From: Squalus acanthias
Taxonomy: Eukaryota
NCBI GenBank assembly: GCA_030390025.1
Contig: CM059432.1
Coordinates: forward strand, 129,148,001-129,212,000
DNA: 64,000 bases
Direction of reading: 5' to 3'
Below the pieces are notes generated by a model. The model did no database searches, was not told the origin of the DNA, and saw only the letters and a list, made by a program, of their open reading frames with translations. Both the position numbers and the translations under genes were made by a program. Below are positions 62,030-64,000 of the stretch, piece after piece (within the stretch, counting starts at the first letter, position 1; the number at the start of each line of letters is the position of its first letter).

Positions 62030-63240
62030 AAGAAAATCTTGCATTTATATAGCGTCTTTCACAACCTCAGAATGTCCCAACGTGCTTCACAGCCAATAAA
62101 GTACTTTTGAAGTGTAGTCACTGTTGTAATGAAGGAAACGCAGCAGCCAATTTGCGCACAGCAAGCTCCCACGAACAGCAACGTGATAATGACCAGATAA
62201 TCTGTGTTTTAGTGCTGGTGGTTGAGAGAGATAAATATTGGGCCAGAAATTCGGGTCAGAGGCTTCCCGCGGGTGCAAGCATAGCAGGTGCACTTACATA
62301 GCGCGCCTGCCGTTGTGCTCTGGGCCCCTGTGGAATTCCGATCCTGGGCCTCCTCCAGCTGCCGGCGCGCAGTGCTTGCGTATCCCAGGGGCGCAGTTAG
62401 TTCGAAGCGTCCCCTGGGATCACGTGGGCCATGGGGAGCCAATCGGAGCAGGGAATCTCCATTCATAGATTTGACAGGAAGACCTGTCAAATCTATGAAT
62501 AGAGATCGGCCCCAAAACCTAACTAAAACTTCAAATAAATTAAAAAAAAAATCACATTTTTAAAATAACTATAAATTACATAAAATAACTATTTTAAACA
62601 ATAATTTAAATTTTTGAAAAAATTAATTACAGTTTTTAACGTGGCTAAAAATAAACTTACCTTTCTTTAAAGTATTTAAAAATAATAAACCTGTGGAAAA
62701 AATGTTTTAATTTAACTTAATTCACCACTTACCTTGTTAAAAGCAGGCCTTGCGCCTGCTTTTTGCCCGCGCAGCTGCCAGGGACTTACCCTCACGGGGA
62801 AACCTGTAAAAAAAAAAAGTGGAAGTTCGCTGTGTGCGCGCTGCCTCTCCGGCGCACGCGTTTGACCCTCGAACCCCTTCCTTCATGAGACCGGAAGTTC
62901 CGGTTTCCCGTGCGTGCGCGAAACCGGCACTTCCGGTGGCCCTACGGCTGAGTACACAGCATGTACTCACCCGTGGGGACCCGAATTTCTGCCCCATTGG
63001 CTAGGACACCAGGGAGAACACCCCTGCTCTCCTTCGAATATTGCCATGGATTGTTTTACATCCACCTGAGAGGGCAGATAGGGCCACGGTTTAACCTCTC
63101 AACTGAAAGACAGCACCTCCGACAGTGCAGCACTCCCTCAGCACTGCACGTCAGCCTAGATTTTGTGTTCAAGTCTCTGGAGTGGGTCTTGATCCCACAA
63201 CCTTCTGACTCAGAGGCAGGAGTGCTACCCACTGAGCCAT
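62030..63240 (-). mobile_element. Deu-domain SINE interrupted by a Harbinger MITE
   Basis: SINE sequence GATAAATATT|GGCTAGGACACCAGGG is split at ATT. Confidence 0.8.
62240..62995. mobile_element. Non-autonomous Harbinger MITE
   Basis: TIRs GGGCCAGAAATTCGGG / CCCGAATTTCTGCCCC. TSD ATT at 62237-62239 and 62996-62998. Internal hairpin at about 62460-62501. Confidence 0.85.
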
Positions 63241-63341
63241 GATGATACTTCTCTCTACTTGCAACTGATATTTTAGCAAAGATGATGCTCAGAGCGTGAC
63301 TTTATGTACAGGTGTAATAATAGTTTGCAGCCAGAAATACC

Positions 63342-63703
63342 ACAGTTGCTAACTCTGGCTGAATGTATTCCTGGAGTTTACATCGCATGACCCGCCCCCA
63401 CGCTCCTGCCATTGGTTGCCCAACACGTCCATCCTCGCAGTGCAACGCCTTCCCAGGCCAATTGAAAAGCAAAACGACTCTTCATTACCCAATTGGATGA
63501 TGCTTGGCTGTCAGTCAAACAGCCTTTTCCCCCCATCTCCCTTATTTTTATAACTAATAAACAAAAGTATTCAAAGAAAATGAAAGAGACACAATCTTTT
63601 TTAACGCTCCTATGATTTCCTCCAAGTTGCTCGCAGCAGTGTCCCGGAGATTAATCTTCAATTCCTGGAGGCTCCAGGCCAATCCTGGAGGGTTGGCAAC
63701 CCT
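63342..63703. mobile_element. Old hAT (Tip100-like) non-autonomous element
   Basis: Ends ..GTTGCTAACTCT / AGGGTTGGCAACCCT resemble AGGGTTGCCAAC-type TIRs. Confidence 0.4.
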
Positions 63704-64000
63704 TGGAAATGCCCATATACCGAGAGCTTTTTGATCAATCACTCAAAATGGTGTCACGTCACTCAGAAGCAGATGGGAGGGGCTTACTCCACATTACGCG
63801 TTCCCCGCGTCATTCGGGGAAGGCACGGATAGAAAGCAAGGAGTGTCCCGGGAAGGAAGGAAGGAAGGAAGGAGGGGAAATCTATGAGAGTGCTACCCTG
63901 GGCCACTTTCACATCGCCAGATAACAGAGCAGAACTGACAGAGCAGTGAAAGCAAGTCACCTGCTTAGCCTCTTGGTGCTGGGAATGGGAACATAAAGCA

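Overview
Vertebrate-type, repeat-dense genomic DNA. The CR1/L2 LINEs, Deu-domain SINEs and Penelope-type palindrome point to a cartilaginous fish (inference). No host protein-coding gene can be called with confidence; two weak minus-strand exon candidates are noted. PIF/Harbinger DNA transposons dominate the window. The main structure is a family-A Harbinger (7219-15691, TSD TTG) with an open 386-aa DDE transposase and an open 3-exon 458-aa Myb/SANT partner gene. A second copy of the same family (9068-13374, TSD ATA) has inserted in inverted orientation between its two convergent genes. The pair sits inside a CR1, which sits inside a SINE. Also present: two decayed copies of a second Harbinger family, several non-autonomous Harbinger derivatives with 3-bp TSDs, a near full-length CR1, a 1485-bp solo LTR, a Penelope-type palindrome with a minimal hammerhead ribozyme motif, a Tigger-like MITE and a possible hAT relic. 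Everything was read by eye; no database searches were run.
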